Made by a program: the position numbers and the translations under genes. This document shows, in pieces, positions 26,018 through 35,567 of a stretch of DNA of 64,000 bases. The stretch comes from Candidatus Gastranaerophilales bacterium (lineage in GTDB: Bacteria; Cyanobacteriota; Vampirovibrionia; Gastranaerophilales; Gastranaerophilaceae): positions 971 to 64,970 of the forward strand of contig CAJULH010000001.1 in assembly GCA_910587175.1 (NCBI GenBank), read 5' to 3'. The notes under the pieces were generated by a model that had not been told where the DNA came from, made no database searches, and saw nothing but the letters and a program-made list of their open reading frames with translations. Each line of letters opens with the position of its first letter. The first letter of the stretch is position 1.

Positions 26018-28372
26018 TCAGGCTTTTCTTTCAAGAGAATTTTGATATATATTATTCAATTCTGAAGTTCTTATCCTTGTAAAACCAAAATCCAAAACCC
26101 CTGTGTCATCTGCCTTTCCAAGGATTTTATACGGCAGATGGTTTTTTCTAAGATAATTTTCTACAACAGCCTTATTTTTGGTTGCAATTAAATACCTGCC
26201 TGTGATTTCGCCAAAAAGAAGATCGATATCAGGCTCCAAAATACCTTTAAAGCCGGGAGTTTGACACTTATCGGATTCACAGGAATTAAACAGCATAATT
26301 AAAAGCGCACCCAGCACGCCGCCTTTTGATACATCAATAGTGCCTGAAAGCAGGTTTTTATTGTGCAGGTAAAAAATGCTTTTTTTCAACTTCATTTCAA
26401 GCTCAAAATCAACAATGTCAGGGGTGCCGCCTGTAAAATCAAAGAAAACCCTTTGATAGAGCGAGCCTCCGGTGTTTGCATTTTTATCAATATCTTTACC
26501 TATTAAAAATATTGAAGCTCCGGGCTGCAATCTGGCATACAGAGGGGTTTTTCCCTTGAGTATGCTCATCATACCAATAACCGGAACCGGATAAATTTTA
26601 ATTTTTCCGTTTTGCACCCCGGGATTTGCAATATTTTCCGGATTGTTTAGACCAAAAATGCACTGCTCTGCTGCAATTCCTTCGTTATAAAAAGAAACAT
26701 TCCCGGAAACAACAGGAATATTAAGCTTTTCAAGAGCATATCTCATTCCTTTTACTGTTTGGATAAATTGCCACGCAATATCAGGATTTTCAGGATTTGC
26801 AAAATTCAAACAATTTGTTATCCCCAGGGGTTCAAAACCGCTTGAGACAGCATTTCTAAAGGCTTCAAAAACAACATTGCAAGCGCCCTGATAAGGGTCC
26901 AGAAAACTCGCATTTTCGCTAGAGTCCATTGAAAAGCCGATAATTTTGCCTTCTTCAAAGATATTCAGGGGCGAAACACCCAGGTTATGAGGATTTTTCA
27001 AAGTTCTTGCACCAACTGTACCGTCATACCTTTGATATACGTATTTTTTGCTTGCAAATTCAGGTACGGCAGCCATTTTAAAGATAAAATGTTTTAAATT
27101 TTCAGGAGTATTTATCGCATCATCTACCAAAAAACGCTTGTTTTGTAATTTATTAATGTATTCAGGCTTTTTGGGGGATAAATCGTACAGCACAGGGTTT
27201 GTCAAAACCTTAACATCAAGAGATGCAAGTGTTTCACCATTTAAAAACAGGCTGTATGTGCTTCCTTTCTTTGTTTTACCGATAACAGAAGAATTGAGTT
27301 CATATTTTTTACATATTTTAAAAATCTCGTCTACGCCTTTTTTATTTGCTGTAAACACCATTCTCTCCTGGGATTCAGAGAGCATAATTTCATACGGGCG
27401 CATATTTTTTTCGCGAAGCGGGACTTTCTCAAGATATAATTCCACAGAAACCCCGCCTTTGTCAGCCATTTCGGATGTAGAACTTAAAAGTCCTGCAGCA
27501 CCAAGGTCTTGGGCTGAAAAAACATTTTTGGATTTTAAAATTTCCAAAGTCGCTTCTATGACATTCTTTTTTACATAAGGGTCACCGATTTGAACGGATA
27601 ATTTATCCTCTTTGTCGCCCGCAAGCTCTTTTGAAGCAAATGCAGCGCCAAAAAGCCCGTCCCTTCCTGTGGCAGAACCGATTAAAACTATATAAGAATC
27701 AGCTTTTGCAGCCGCTGTTTTAACTTTATCTTTATGGCAAATGCCAACAGCCATAACATTTACAAGCGGAGACAGGTTGAAACATTTATTAAAACTTATC
27801 TCGCCGCCGATTGTAGGTACACCCGTAGAATTCCCATAGTCCGAAATACCTTCTGCTACGCCATTTAAGAGATATTTGTTTCTTTTTATTGAATCCAAAT
27901 CAGTATTTACAACCCCCGAATTTGCGCCGCATTTTTCAATTTCGCCAAATTTCAGCGAATTTAAAAGTGCAATCGGTCTTGCATTCATAGCAAGAATATC
28001 TCTTAAAATACCGCCAATTCCGGTTGCAGCACCCTGGTAGGGTTCAACTGCGGATGGATGATTGTGCGATTCTGTTTTAAAAAATATAATATGACTGCCG
28101 ATTTTGATGCCGCCGGAGTTTTCATTCCTGAACAGAGCACCCTTGGATGGCAAAAGCTTTAGATATTTTTTTGAATGCTTGTAACCGCAATGTTCAGACC
28201 ACATGGCAGAAAAAAGATACAGCTCAAGCTCGCTTGGCTTACGCCCCAGGCGTTTTACAATTTCATTATATTCAAAGGCTGAAAGTCCCAAATCTTTTAT
28301 TGAAGGTTCTGTTTTTTTATTCAGACAAACTGCAGAATTCGCTTTGGGGCGTACGCATGATGCTATGGTCAT
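26018..28372 (-). CDS. purL: Phosphoribosylformylglycinamidine synthase subunit PurL (FGAM synthase II)
   Basis: 784 aa. Motifs SEHCGYKHSK, ESHNHPSAVEPYQGAATGIGGILRDI and SESQERM. Overlaps purQ by 4 nt. Confidence 0.95.
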   Translation of the reverse strand: MTIASCVRPKANSAVCLNKKTEPSIKDLGLSAFEYNEIVKRLGRKPSELELYLFSAMWSEHCGYKHSKKYLKLLPSKGALFRNENSGGIKIGSHIIFFKTESHNHPSAVEPYQGAATGIGGILRDILAMNARPIALLNSLKFGEIEKCGANSGVVNTDLDSIKRNKYLLNGVAEGISDYGNSTGVPTIGGEISFNKCFNLSPLVNVMAVGICHKDKVKTAAAKADSYIVLIGSATGRDGLFGAAFASKELAGDKEDKLSVQIGDPYVKKNVIEATLEILKSKNVFSAQDLGAAGLLSSTSEMADKGGVSVELYLEKVPLREKNMRPYEIMLSESQERMVFTANKKGVDEIFKICKKYELNSSVIGKTKKGSTYSLFLNGETLASLDVKVLTNPVLYDLSPKKPEYINKLQNKRFLVDDAINTPENLKHFIFKMAAVPEFASKKYVYQRYDGTVGARTLKNPHNLGVSPLNIFEEGKIIGFSMDSSENASFLDPYQGACNVVFEAFRNAVSSGFEPLGITNCLNFANPENPDIAWQFIQTVKGMRYALEKLNIPVVSGNVSFYNEGIAAEQCIFGLNNPENIANPGVQNGKIKIYPVPVIGMMSILKGKTPLYARLQPGASIFLIGKDIDKNANTGGSLYQRVFFDFTGGTPDIVDFELEMKLKKSIFYLHNKNLLSGTIDVSKGGVLGALLIMLFNSCESDKCQTPGFKGILEPDIDLLFGEITGRYLIATKNKAVVENYLRKNHLPYKILGKADDTGVLDFGFTRIRTSELNNIYQNSLERKA

Positions 28373-29040
28373 CTTTTACCTCCAAAGATTTCATTTTTTA
28401 TGAAATTAAATATTTTAAGACCATTCTCAAGCCCGCATATCTTTGAAACCGCCCTTTCAGGATGCGGCATAAGCCCAAGGACTTTATTTTCACTGTCATA
28501 CAAGCCTGCAATATCATTTAAAGAGCCGTTTGGATTGTCTTTATACCTTAAAAATACCATTTTATTTTCTTCAATTCGCCTTAAATCCGCATCATCAGCA
28601 TAGAAACAGCCTTCTTTATGGGCAATAGGAATTGTAATTTCTTCCCTTGTTTTTTCTAAAACTAAAATCTCATCCCTTGAAATAAACCTTGTTGAGGCAT
28701 TTTCAATAAGTGCACCGGGCAAAAGTCCTGCTTCACAGAGGATTTGAAAACCATTGCATATACCAAGAGTAAAACCGCATTTTGATTTTACATACTTTTT
28801 TAGAGCAAACACAACAGGGGAAAGCTTTGCAAGGCGCCCAGCCCTGATGTAATCCCCAAATGAAAAGCCGCCGGGAAGCACTATTAAATCATATCCCTCC
28901 AGGTTTGTGCAGTTGTGAAAAATATAATCTGTATTGAAGCCTGCTCCATCAAGTGCAATTTTTGTGTCTCTGTCACAATTTGTACCTGGAAAAACTATGA
29001 TTCCGGCTTTTAATTTTTTAAAATATTTCAGAAAATTCAT
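28369..29040 (-). CDS. purQ: Phosphoribosylformylglycinamidine synthase glutaminase subunit PurQ
   Basis: 223 aa. Motifs FPGTNCDRD, LPGGFSFGDY, GICNGFQIL and MPHPER. Confidence 0.95.
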   Translation of the reverse strand: MNFLKYFKKLKAGIIVFPGTNCDRDTKIALDGAGFNTDYIFHNCTNLEGYDLIVLPGGFSFGDYIRAGRLAKLSPVVFALKKYVKSKCGFTLGICNGFQILCEAGLLPGALIENASTRFISRDEILVLEKTREEITIPIAHKEGCFYADDADLRRIEENKMVFLRYKDNPNGSLNDIAGLYDSENKVLGLMPHPERAVSKICGLENGLKIFNFIKNEIFGGKR

Positions 29041-29294
29041 ACAGCTTCTTCAAAACTTAAAACTTCGTATGTTTCAACCACAGGATTCACGAGCACCTCT
29101 GTGCAAATGTTTTCAAGTTTTTTATCAGCCTCGTTTTTATTTTGCGCCGAAATTTCAAACCCGAAAAACTTACCAATTCTGACATTTGCCTCTTCTTCAA
29201 GCCCTATTCTTTTTAATACAACATTTACAGCTTCGCCTTTGGCATCTTTCACAGTGTTTTTAAGTTTTACAATTACTTTCGCTCTAAATTTCAT
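29037..29294 (-). CDS. purS: Phosphoribosylformylglycinamidine synthase subunit PurS
   Basis: 85 aa, V.LK..V.D..G.AV pattern, first gene of the purSQLM block, with a 4-nt overlap with purQ. Confidence 0.9.
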   Translation of the reverse strand: MKFRAKVIVKLKNTVKDAKGEAVNVVLKRIGLEEEANVRIGKFFGFEISAQNKNEADKKLENICTEVLVNPVVETYEVLSFEEAV

Positions 29295-29369
29295 AGGTTT
29301 ATTTTATAATGAAAGAAAATTAGTTTAAAGAGACTTTAAAGTGTTTTAAAGCAACTTTGGAGAAACAAA

Positions 29370-29930
29370 ATGAAAGAAACTTTATATTCGACAAAATTTT
29401 TAAATTTGGTTGCATCAAAACGCAAAGGCAAGGCGGATTGGGTTTATGCACACAGACCAAACGCAAAAAATGTTGTAATTATAGTACCTGTTATACACAA
29501 GACTGACGCTGATTATACGATGTTTTTAACCACAAAAAGACCGCCTTTAATTGAAGAATACGGGGATGTCACTTGTCTTGAATTTCCGGCAGGACTTGTA
29601 GGGGATGAAAACACGAACGAAACAACAGAAGAAGCACTAAAAAAAGAACTCCTGGAAGAAACAGGATATCTGGCAGAAAAATTTGACATAAAGGCAAAAA
29701 ATCTTGTTACATCAGGCGGTATGACATCTGAAAAATCCACCCTTGCAATAGCAGAAGTTTTTGATACAAAGATAAAGGAAAAACCCGTAGATGACGGCGG
29801 TGTAATTGCGGGAAGAATGGAAGTAAAAATTCAGGACATAGGCAGCTTTCTGGATAAAATGGAAAAAGACGGAATTTTCTTATCTGCCCAAACAATCGCA
29901 GGAGTTTATTATCTTGCAACCCGGAAATAA
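29370..29930 (+). CDS. Nudix hydrolase (ADP-ribose pyrophosphatase-like) with an intact Nudix box
   Basis: GDENTNETTEEALKKELLEETGY fits G-x5-E-x7-[RK]E-U-x-EE-x-G-U. Confidence 0.8.
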   Translation: MKETLYSTKFLNLVASKRKGKADWVYAHRPNAKNVVIIVPVIHKTDADYTMFLTTKRPPLIEEYGDVTCLEFPAGLVGDENTNETTEEALKKELLEETGYLAEKFDIKAKNLVTSGGMTSEKSTLAIAEVFDTKIKEKPVDDGGVIAGRMEVKIQDIGSFLDKMEKDGIFLSAQTIAGVYYLATRK

Positions 29931-30038
29931 AAACAAAAATAAGACATTTTTGTAACAAAATATGCTCCAAATACGCAAAAACGCTTTTGTTTATGAAATA
30001 ATTTAAAAAACGGAATTTTATAAAAGAGGAATCAGCGG

Positions 30039-31850
30039 ATGAAATTAGCCAAAACACAAACGGTGAACGCATTTAACTATGCATTTTTATCAAGAAGAAT
30101 TTTTCCATACATAAAACCTTTGATTCCAAGAATGACTATAGCCTTTGTTCTTGCAATTCCCCTGGGGCTTTTGGACGGCGCAACAGCATTTGCCTTGAAA
30201 CCATATATTGATGTTGTCGTAAACGGTAATCCTATGGTTATAAGGGGTTTTGAACTAACAAGAGATTTGCTTGCAAATTTAATTCCCTGGTTAATTGTCG
30301 CCTTCGCTGTTGTTCAGGGACTTTTAAAGTATACAAACTCATATCTTACAGACTGGCTTTCAAATAAAATTTCAAACTCCATAAAAATTGATTTATTTAA
30401 AAAACTCACAAGCCTTGATTCAAAATTTTTTGATGAAAATTCTTCAGGCATTGTGCTTTCAAGGTTTTTAAACGACCCGGATACAGCATCAAAAAGCGTT
30501 ATAGATTCTATTAAAACCCTTATAACCTGTGCCACTGGAGCTATGGGGCTTATAGCTGTGCTTTTATACAACAGCTGGAAATTGGCGCTCGTTGGTGTTG
30601 TGGTGCTTGTTATAGCATTTCTGCCGGTTGCATTCATCAGAAAGAAAATCAAGCAGGTTTCTAACGACACAATGGCTTTAACCGGCGGTATAAACACAAA
30701 CTTTAATGAAACATACCACGGTAATAAGATTATGACAGGCTACAGCCTGCAAAACAGTTTGAATGCCAAATTTCAGGGACAAATCCATAAATTTTTTGCC
30801 CTTGCAATGTCTTTGACAAAAAGGGTGGGATGGATGTCTCCTATAATGTATTTAATTGCAAGCATCGGCGTTGCAATTGTAATGCTTTTTGGAAACCATT
30901 TAATCATTTCAGGCGAAATGACAACGGGAAGTTTTGCAAGCTTTATAACATCGCTTCTTCTTTTATATAAGCCCATCAAGGATTTAGGGCGCACACTTAC
31001 AAATCTTCAAAATGTTTTTGTTGCAATGAGCAGGGTATTTGAACTTTTTGATTTAACACCTGAAATTGCAGATAAAAAAGATTCAAAAGAACTTTCAAAT
31101 ATAAATGAAAGCATAGATTTTAAAAATGTTTATTTTGAATATGAAGAAAACAATCCTGTGCTTTTTGATATAACCCTTAGTGTCAAAAAGGGGCAGACTA
31201 TTGCCCTTGTAGGGAATTCAGGCGGAGGTAAATCAACCATAGTAAGTCTTTTACCAAGATTTTACGATATAAAATCAGGCAGCATAGAAATTGATGGCAT
31301 TGATATAAGGGACTATTCGCTCTCCTCTTTAAGAGGAAATATTTCAGAGGTATTCCAGGATAATTTCCTTTTTTCAGGCACAATAAGAGAAAATATTTTA
31401 ATGGGAAAACCTGATGCAAATGAAGAAGAATTAAACGAAGTTATAAAAGGAGCACATCTGGACGAGTTTTTGCATACGCTTGAATGCGGAGTAGACACCG
31501 TAATCGGAGAAAGAGGAACAACACTTTCAGGCGGTCAAAGACAAAGAGTAGCTATTGCACGCGCCATGATTAAAGACGCACCAATAATTATTTTGGACGA
31601 GGCAACAAGTGCCCTTGATAATAAATCCGAGGCAATAGTACAAAAGGCACTTGAAAATCTGATGAAAGATAAAACCGTTTTTGTAATTGCACACAGGCTT
31701 TCAACCATTAAAAATGCTGATAAAATTCTTGTTATAAACGATGGAAGACTAACAGAAGAAGGCACACACGAAGAACTTTTAAGAATAGAAAACGGACAGT
31801 ATAAATACTTATACGAAATGCAGTTCCAAAACACGGGCATATCTGCATAA
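30039..31850 (+). CDS. ABC exporter, fused permease/ATPase (MsbA-like lipid exporter family)
   Basis: 603 aa. Six-TM N-terminal half, Walker A GNSGGGKST, signature LSGGQRQR and Walker B IIILDEATSALD. Confidence 0.8.
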   Translation: MKLAKTQTVNAFNYAFLSRRIFPYIKPLIPRMTIAFVLAIPLGLLDGATAFALKPYIDVVVNGNPMVIRGFELTRDLLANLIPWLIVAFAVVQGLLKYTNSYLTDWLSNKISNSIKIDLFKKLTSLDSKFFDENSSGIVLSRFLNDPDTASKSVIDSIKTLITCATGAMGLIAVLLYNSWKLALVGVVVLVIAFLPVAFIRKKIKQVSNDTMALTGGINTNFNETYHGNKIMTGYSLQNSLNAKFQGQIHKFFALAMSLTKRVGWMSPIMYLIASIGVAIVMLFGNHLIISGEMTTGSFASFITSLLLLYKPIKDLGRTLTNLQNVFVAMSRVFELFDLTPEIADKKDSKELSNINESIDFKNVYFEYEENNPVLFDITLSVKKGQTIALVGNSGGGKSTIVSLLPRFYDIKSGSIEIDGIDIRDYSLSSLRGNISEVFQDNFLFSGTIRENILMGKPDANEEELNEVIKGAHLDEFLHTLECGVDTVIGERGTTLSGGQRQRVAIARAMIKDAPIIILDEATSALDNKSEAIVQKALENLMKDKTVFVIAHRLSTIKNADKILVINDGRLTEEGTHEELLRIENGQYKYLYEMQFQNTGISA

Positions 31851-32113
31851 AAATAAGCTCTTTTCCCGGCAATGCAAAACTTTTTTAATACAATTATTTT
31901 AAAGTTTCAGAATTTTTGTTAATTAATGTAACAAAAACACTTAATTTTTGATACAAACTAGCAAAAAGGTTATTTTTTGTTTTTTAATATAGTGTACATA
32001 ATACACATAAAAAACATAGCAGATTTTATAATTTAAGCATTAACAATTTCTTAAAAAAGAAGCAACCCCTTAACAACACAAAATAAATTATACCTAACAC
32101 AAAAACTCAATTT

Positions 32114-32145
32114 AAACGCTTTGAAATCGAAGCGTTTTTTATTTT
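32114..32145 (+). terminator. Orphan intrinsic terminator in the msbA-like/ugd spacer
   Basis: aaaCGCTTTGaaatCGAAGCGttttttatttt: a 7-bp stem including one G-U pair, a 4-nt loop and a long T-run. It lies about 265 nt beyond the stop of the ABC gene. Confidence 0.6.
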
Positions 32146-32229
32146 GCATATAAAATCAGACTGCATCAAAGTATAATGCCGCATGGAAGAATATTTTAAT
32201 GAATGGTTATTTAAAATTACCGGAAAGCC

Positions 32230-33564
32230 CTAGCCTGCAATGCTACTTTTAGCCGGAAGTTCGGGTTTTTTACCTATACAGTAATATTCAAACCCTTTCT
32301 TTGCAAGACGCTTACCATCATATTGGTTTCTGCCGTCAAAAATAACAGCATGCTTCATCAAGTCTTTTATTTTTTCAAAGTTTGGACGCCTGAATTCGTT
32401 CCATTCTGTTAAAAGCAGCATGGCATCAGCATCTTCCAGGGCTTCGTATGATGATTTAGCATAAATGATTCTATCACCGAATATCGGCTCGGCACAATCA
32501 TACGCCTTTGGGTCATAGCCTTGAATTTTTGCCCCTCTTTTTAAGAGTTCGTTTATGATTGTAATAGAGGGCGCTTCACGCATATCATTGGTTTTAGGTT
32601 TAAAAGCAAGCCCCCATACGCCAAATGTTTTGCCTTCAATATCGCTATTATATCTTTCAAGAATTTTATTTATGAAAAGCACCCTCTGCTCTTTATTTGC
32701 TTCATCTGCGGCTTCAAGAAGAGAAGACGAACAGCCGTTTGCTTTTGCTGTTTTAATCATAGCCTTAACATCTTTCGGGAAGCAGCTTCCGCCATACCCA
32801 AGCCCCGCAAATAAAAACTGCGAGCCTATTCTTTTGTCGGAACACATTCCGATACGAACCATTTCAGCATCCGCGCCTACTTTTTCGCAAATGTTCGCAA
32901 TTTCATTCGCATAGGAAATTTTCACAGCCAAAAACGAATTTGCAGCATATTTTGTCATCTCTGCAGATTTAACATCCATAATAATTACAGGGTTTCCAGT
33001 GCGGAGGAACGGAGAATACAATTCCTGCATAATTTCTGTTGCCCTTTGGGAGTTTGAACCAATAACAACTCTGTCAGGTTTTAGAAAATCATCCACAGCA
33101 GCACCCTGCTTTAAGAATTCCGGATTCGAAACAACATCAAATTCAAGGTCTGTTTTTGATTTTATAATCTCTGTAACCTTTTCTGCAGTGCCCACAGGAA
33201 CGGTAGATTTATCAACAATAACCTTGTAACCGTTCATATATTCACCAATGTTTGATGCAACATCATAAACATAAGATAAATCTGCAGAACCGTCCTCTCC
33301 CTGGGGAGTGCCGACTGCAATAAAACATACTGTTGAAATTTCAACAGCCCTTTTAAGATCATTTGTAAAAGTCAGCCTGTTTTCTGAAACATTCACATTT
33401 ATAAGCTCTTCAAGCCCGGGTTCATAGATTGGAACTATACCTTGCGCCAATTTTTCAAGCTTTTTTAAATCTTTATCAACACAAATAACCTCATTTCCCA
33501 TCTCTGCAAGACAGGTGCCGGCAACAAGACCTACATATCCGGTTCCTATAACACAAATTTTCAT
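32230..33564 (-). CDS. ugd: UDP-glucose 6-dehydrogenase
   Basis: 444 aa. [14 protein letters not shown], catalytic GGSCFPKD and the GLAFKP.TDD/MRE block. Confidence 0.9.
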   Translation of the reverse strand: MKICVIGTGYVGLVAGTCLAEMGNEVICVDKDLKKLEKLAQGIVPIYEPGLEELINVNVSENRLTFTNDLKRAVEISTVCFIAVGTPQGEDGSADLSYVYDVASNIGEYMNGYKVIVDKSTVPVGTAEKVTEIIKSKTDLEFDVVSNPEFLKQGAAVDDFLKPDRVVIGSNSQRATEIMQELYSPFLRTGNPVIIMDVKSAEMTKYAANSFLAVKISYANEIANICEKVGADAEMVRIGMCSDKRIGSQFLFAGLGYGGSCFPKDVKAMIKTAKANGCSSSLLEAADEANKEQRVLFINKILERYNSDIEGKTFGVWGLAFKPKTNDMREAPSITIINELLKRGAKIQGYDPKAYDCAEPIFGDRIIYAKSSYEALEDADAMLLLTEWNEFRRPNFEKIKDLMKHAVIFDGRNQYDGKRLAKKGFEYYCIGKKPELPAKSSIAG

Positions 33565-34505
33565 TTATCTTTCCTTATTTTCTTTTCAAAATATTTAATA
33601 GTTTTTAAAAGCCCTTCTTTAATATCAACCTCAGGCTCCCAACCGAGCTCTTTTTTTGCAAGAGCAATATCCGGTTTTCTTTGGGTTGGATCATCATTTG
33701 GAAGCGGCATATGAATAATTTTTGAGTTTGAATTAGTAAGTTCAATGATTAATTTTGCAAAATCCAGAATAGTTCTCTCTGATGGATTGCCAAGATTAAC
33801 AGGACCAATGAAACCCTGTTTATTGTTCATCATCCTTACCATACCTTCAACTAAATCTGTAACATAGCAGAACGAGCGCGTTTGCGTGCCATCGCCATAA
33901 ATTGTAATATCTTTATTTTGAAGTGCCTGAACTATGAAATTTGAAACCACTCTTCCGTCATTTGGATCCATATTCGGACCATATGTGTTAAATATCCTTA
34001 TAATCCTTGTATCTACACCGTTTTGCCTGTGATAATCCATCATAAGAGTCTCGGCACAGCGTTTACCCTCATCATAACAACTTCTGATTCCTATGGGGTT
34101 TACATTTCCCCAATAATCTTCTCTTTGCGGATGCACAACAGGATCGCCGTATACTTCACTCGTTGAAGCCTGCAGAATTGTTGCTTTACATCTTTTTGCA
34201 AGACCAAGCATATTTATCATCCCCAAAACCGAGGTTTTGATCGTTTTAATGGCGTTGTACTGATAGTGCGGAGGGCTTGCAGGACATGCCAGATTATAAA
34301 TTTCATCAACTTCTGCAAAATATTCTTTGGTGATATCATGACGAACAAGCTCGAAATGGTCGTTTCCTATTAAATGCCTGATATTGTCCTTTGAACCGGT
34401 AAAGAAATTGTCAAGACAAATTATGTCATTGCCTTCGTTCAAAAGCCTCTCGCAAAGGTGGGAACCTATAAAACCGGCACCGCCTGTTATTAAAATTCTT
34501 TTCAT
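33561..34505 (-). CDS. UDP-glucuronate decarboxylase (UDP-xylose synthase-type short-chain dehydrogenase)
   Basis: 314 aa. [29 protein letters not shown] (Y-x3-K) and FNTYGP. Overlaps ugd by 4 nt. Confidence 0.85.
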   Translation of the reverse strand: MKRILITGGAGFIGSHLCERLLNEGNDIICLDNFFTGSKDNIRHLIGNDHFELVRHDITKEYFAEVDEIYNLACPASPPHYQYNAIKTIKTSVLGMINMLGLAKRCKATILQASTSEVYGDPVVHPQREDYWGNVNPIGIRSCYDEGKRCAETLMMDYHRQNGVDTRIIRIFNTYGPNMDPNDGRVVSNFIVQALQNKDITIYGDGTQTRSFCYVTDLVEGMVRMMNNKQGFIGPVNLGNPSERTILDFAKLIIELTNSNSKIIHMPLPNDDPTQRKPDIALAKKELGWEPEVDIKEGLLKTIKYFEKKIRKDK

Positions 34506-34568
34506 TAAATCCTCTTAAAATCCGCAAATTCTTATGATGATATTCTAGCATAAAACGTGGGTTTTAGG

Positions 34569-34928
34569 CTAGTTTTCATTCTTACTGTTTTCTTTAAATT
34601 CTCTCCACATTCTGCTGAATGTTTCACCCGCCGCCTGCTGACCGTTTGGATAAACTTCATCACATCTTTTATAGTAACGCTCTATATATTTAACTTCAAA
34701 ATCCTCCAGATGTTTACCCAGTGCTTTTTTTAAGAATATTACCCTTAAATACGGAAACTCACCGCGTGCAATTTCGCTCATTTTTTCCACAAAATCACCA
34801 TGCTCTTTAAAAGATTCGCTTCTAAGCTGCGCAAACTCAGGATTTTCTTTATAAAAACGCTTTTTGCTTTCTGATATCTTTGCCTTGGTTTCCGCACTGA
34901 GCGTGCTTCCTTTCAGTTGGCAATTATA
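34569..34928 (-). pseudogene. NUMOD3-motif ORF lacking a canonical start for its N-terminal part (possible homing-endonuclease remnant)
   Basis: The frame of ORF 34569..34790 (GTG start) stays open upstream to 34928. It reads YNCQLKGSTLSAETKAKISESKKRFYKENPEFAQLRSESFKEHGDF... with no ATG, GTG or TTG. G.t.S.ETKAKISESKK matches the NUMOD3 DNA-binding repeat of GIY-YIG/HNH homing endonucleases. No nuclease domain is present. Confidence 0.35.
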
Positions 34929-34973
34929 TTAAACCGCGTCAAAAAAAATATTTTCTAAATTTTAAAAAAATAC

Positions 34974-35001
34974 TTGAAATGAAAAATTCCTCATGTATAA
35001 T
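34974..35001 (+). promoter_or_regulatory. Candidate sigma70-type promoter for the tRNA-Val transcript
   Basis: TTGAAA (34974-34979), a 16-nt spacer, then TATAAT (34996-35001). Confidence 0.4.
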
Positions 35002-35069
35002 TAAGTTTATCAAATGCAGGAAGCGATGAGCAAAACTGCACAAAAGACTGGCGTCTTTTGAATTCAATA

Positions 35070-35137
35070 GGGCATTTAGCTCAGTTGCCAGGAGGGGGCA
35101 AACCCCTTAAAATTAGAAAAAGCTCCCTGTGGGCGCG
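35070..35137 (+). other. Non-functional tRNA-like fragment (5' 18 nt of a tRNA, then unrelated sequence)
   Basis: gggcatttagctcagttg matches the 5' end of the downstream tRNA-Val (gggcgtttagctcagttg) at 17 of 18 positions. No anticodon arm, T arm or 3' acceptor strand follows. Confidence 0.35.
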
Positions 35138-35157
35138 AAAAATTAAATAGTTGGTGC

Positions 35158-35233
35158 GGGCGTTTAGCTCAGTTGGTAGAGCGCCTCCCTTACAAGGAGG
35201 ATGTCGGGAGTTCGAGCCTCTCAACGCCCACCA
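35158..35233 (+). tRNA. tRNA-Val (anticodon UAC), CCA encoded
   Basis: GGGCGTTTAGCTCAGTTGGTAGAGCGCCTCCCTTACAAGGAGGATGTCGGGAGTTCGAGCCTCTCAACGCCCACCA. Anticodon stem CCTCC/GGAGG and loop CTTACAA. Confidence 0.95.
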
Positions 35234-35238
35234 TTTAT

Positions 35239-35263
35239 AAAGACCCTCCATAGGGTCTTTTTT
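35239..35263 (+). terminator. Intrinsic terminator after tRNA-Val
   Basis: aaAGACCCTccatAGGGTCTttttt: a 7-bp stem and a T-run. Confidence 0.8.
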
Positions 35264-35321
35264 AGTGCGTTTCAAGCCTGCGTATCGGCACGCGTTTTTA
35301 ATTTCTGCACTTTTTTAAAAC

Positions 35322-35349
35322 TTGAAATTTACAAAACGCTTTGTATACT
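35322..35349 (+). promoter_or_regulatory. Candidate promoter for the riboswitch/btu operon
   Basis: TTGAAA (35322-35327), a 16-nt spacer, then TATACT (35344-35349). Confidence 0.4.
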
Positions 35350-35460
35350 TCACTCGTAAGGCTGATGTTTTAAAAAAGCAGATTAGCGGGCATGTAAAGC
35401 ACTGTTACAAAACCTGCTTATGTTTGCAAAAGAAAATTTTTCTATGCAATAATAAATGTA

Positions 35461-35567
35461 CTTAAAACCAAGGGAAGTAGGGTGCAAATCCCTCGCTGGG
35501 CCGCAACCGTAAAGCCGGAATGCTTGGTTTTAAGAATTGGTTACCTCGGGCACAGGTGGAATATTTA
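35461..35567 (+). promoter_or_regulatory. Cobalamin (B12) riboswitch
   Basis: The core aagGGAAgtaGGGTGcAAATCCctcGCtGGgCCGCAACCGTAAagccgg matches the conserved cobalamin-riboswitch core. A closing helix pairs cttaaaacca (35461-35470) with tggttttaag (35525-35534). The SD aggtgga (35554-35560) and the ATG at 35568 follow, and the downstream genes are B12-uptake types. Confidence 0.8.

Noticed and set aside
25154-27578. Plus-strand ORFs of 181 aa and 176 aa inside purM and purL
   Set aside because: They are Ser/Phe/Ile-rich antisense translations of strongly supported pur genes.
35081-35275. 64-aa minus-strand ORF
   Set aside because: It lies antisense across tRNA-Val and its terminator, so it is an artefact of the GC-richer tRNA sequence.
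35520-35567. Upstream start for the TonB-dependent receptor
   Set aside because: The extra 16 codons lie inside the riboswitch helix. The signal peptide and SD fit the ATG at 35568.
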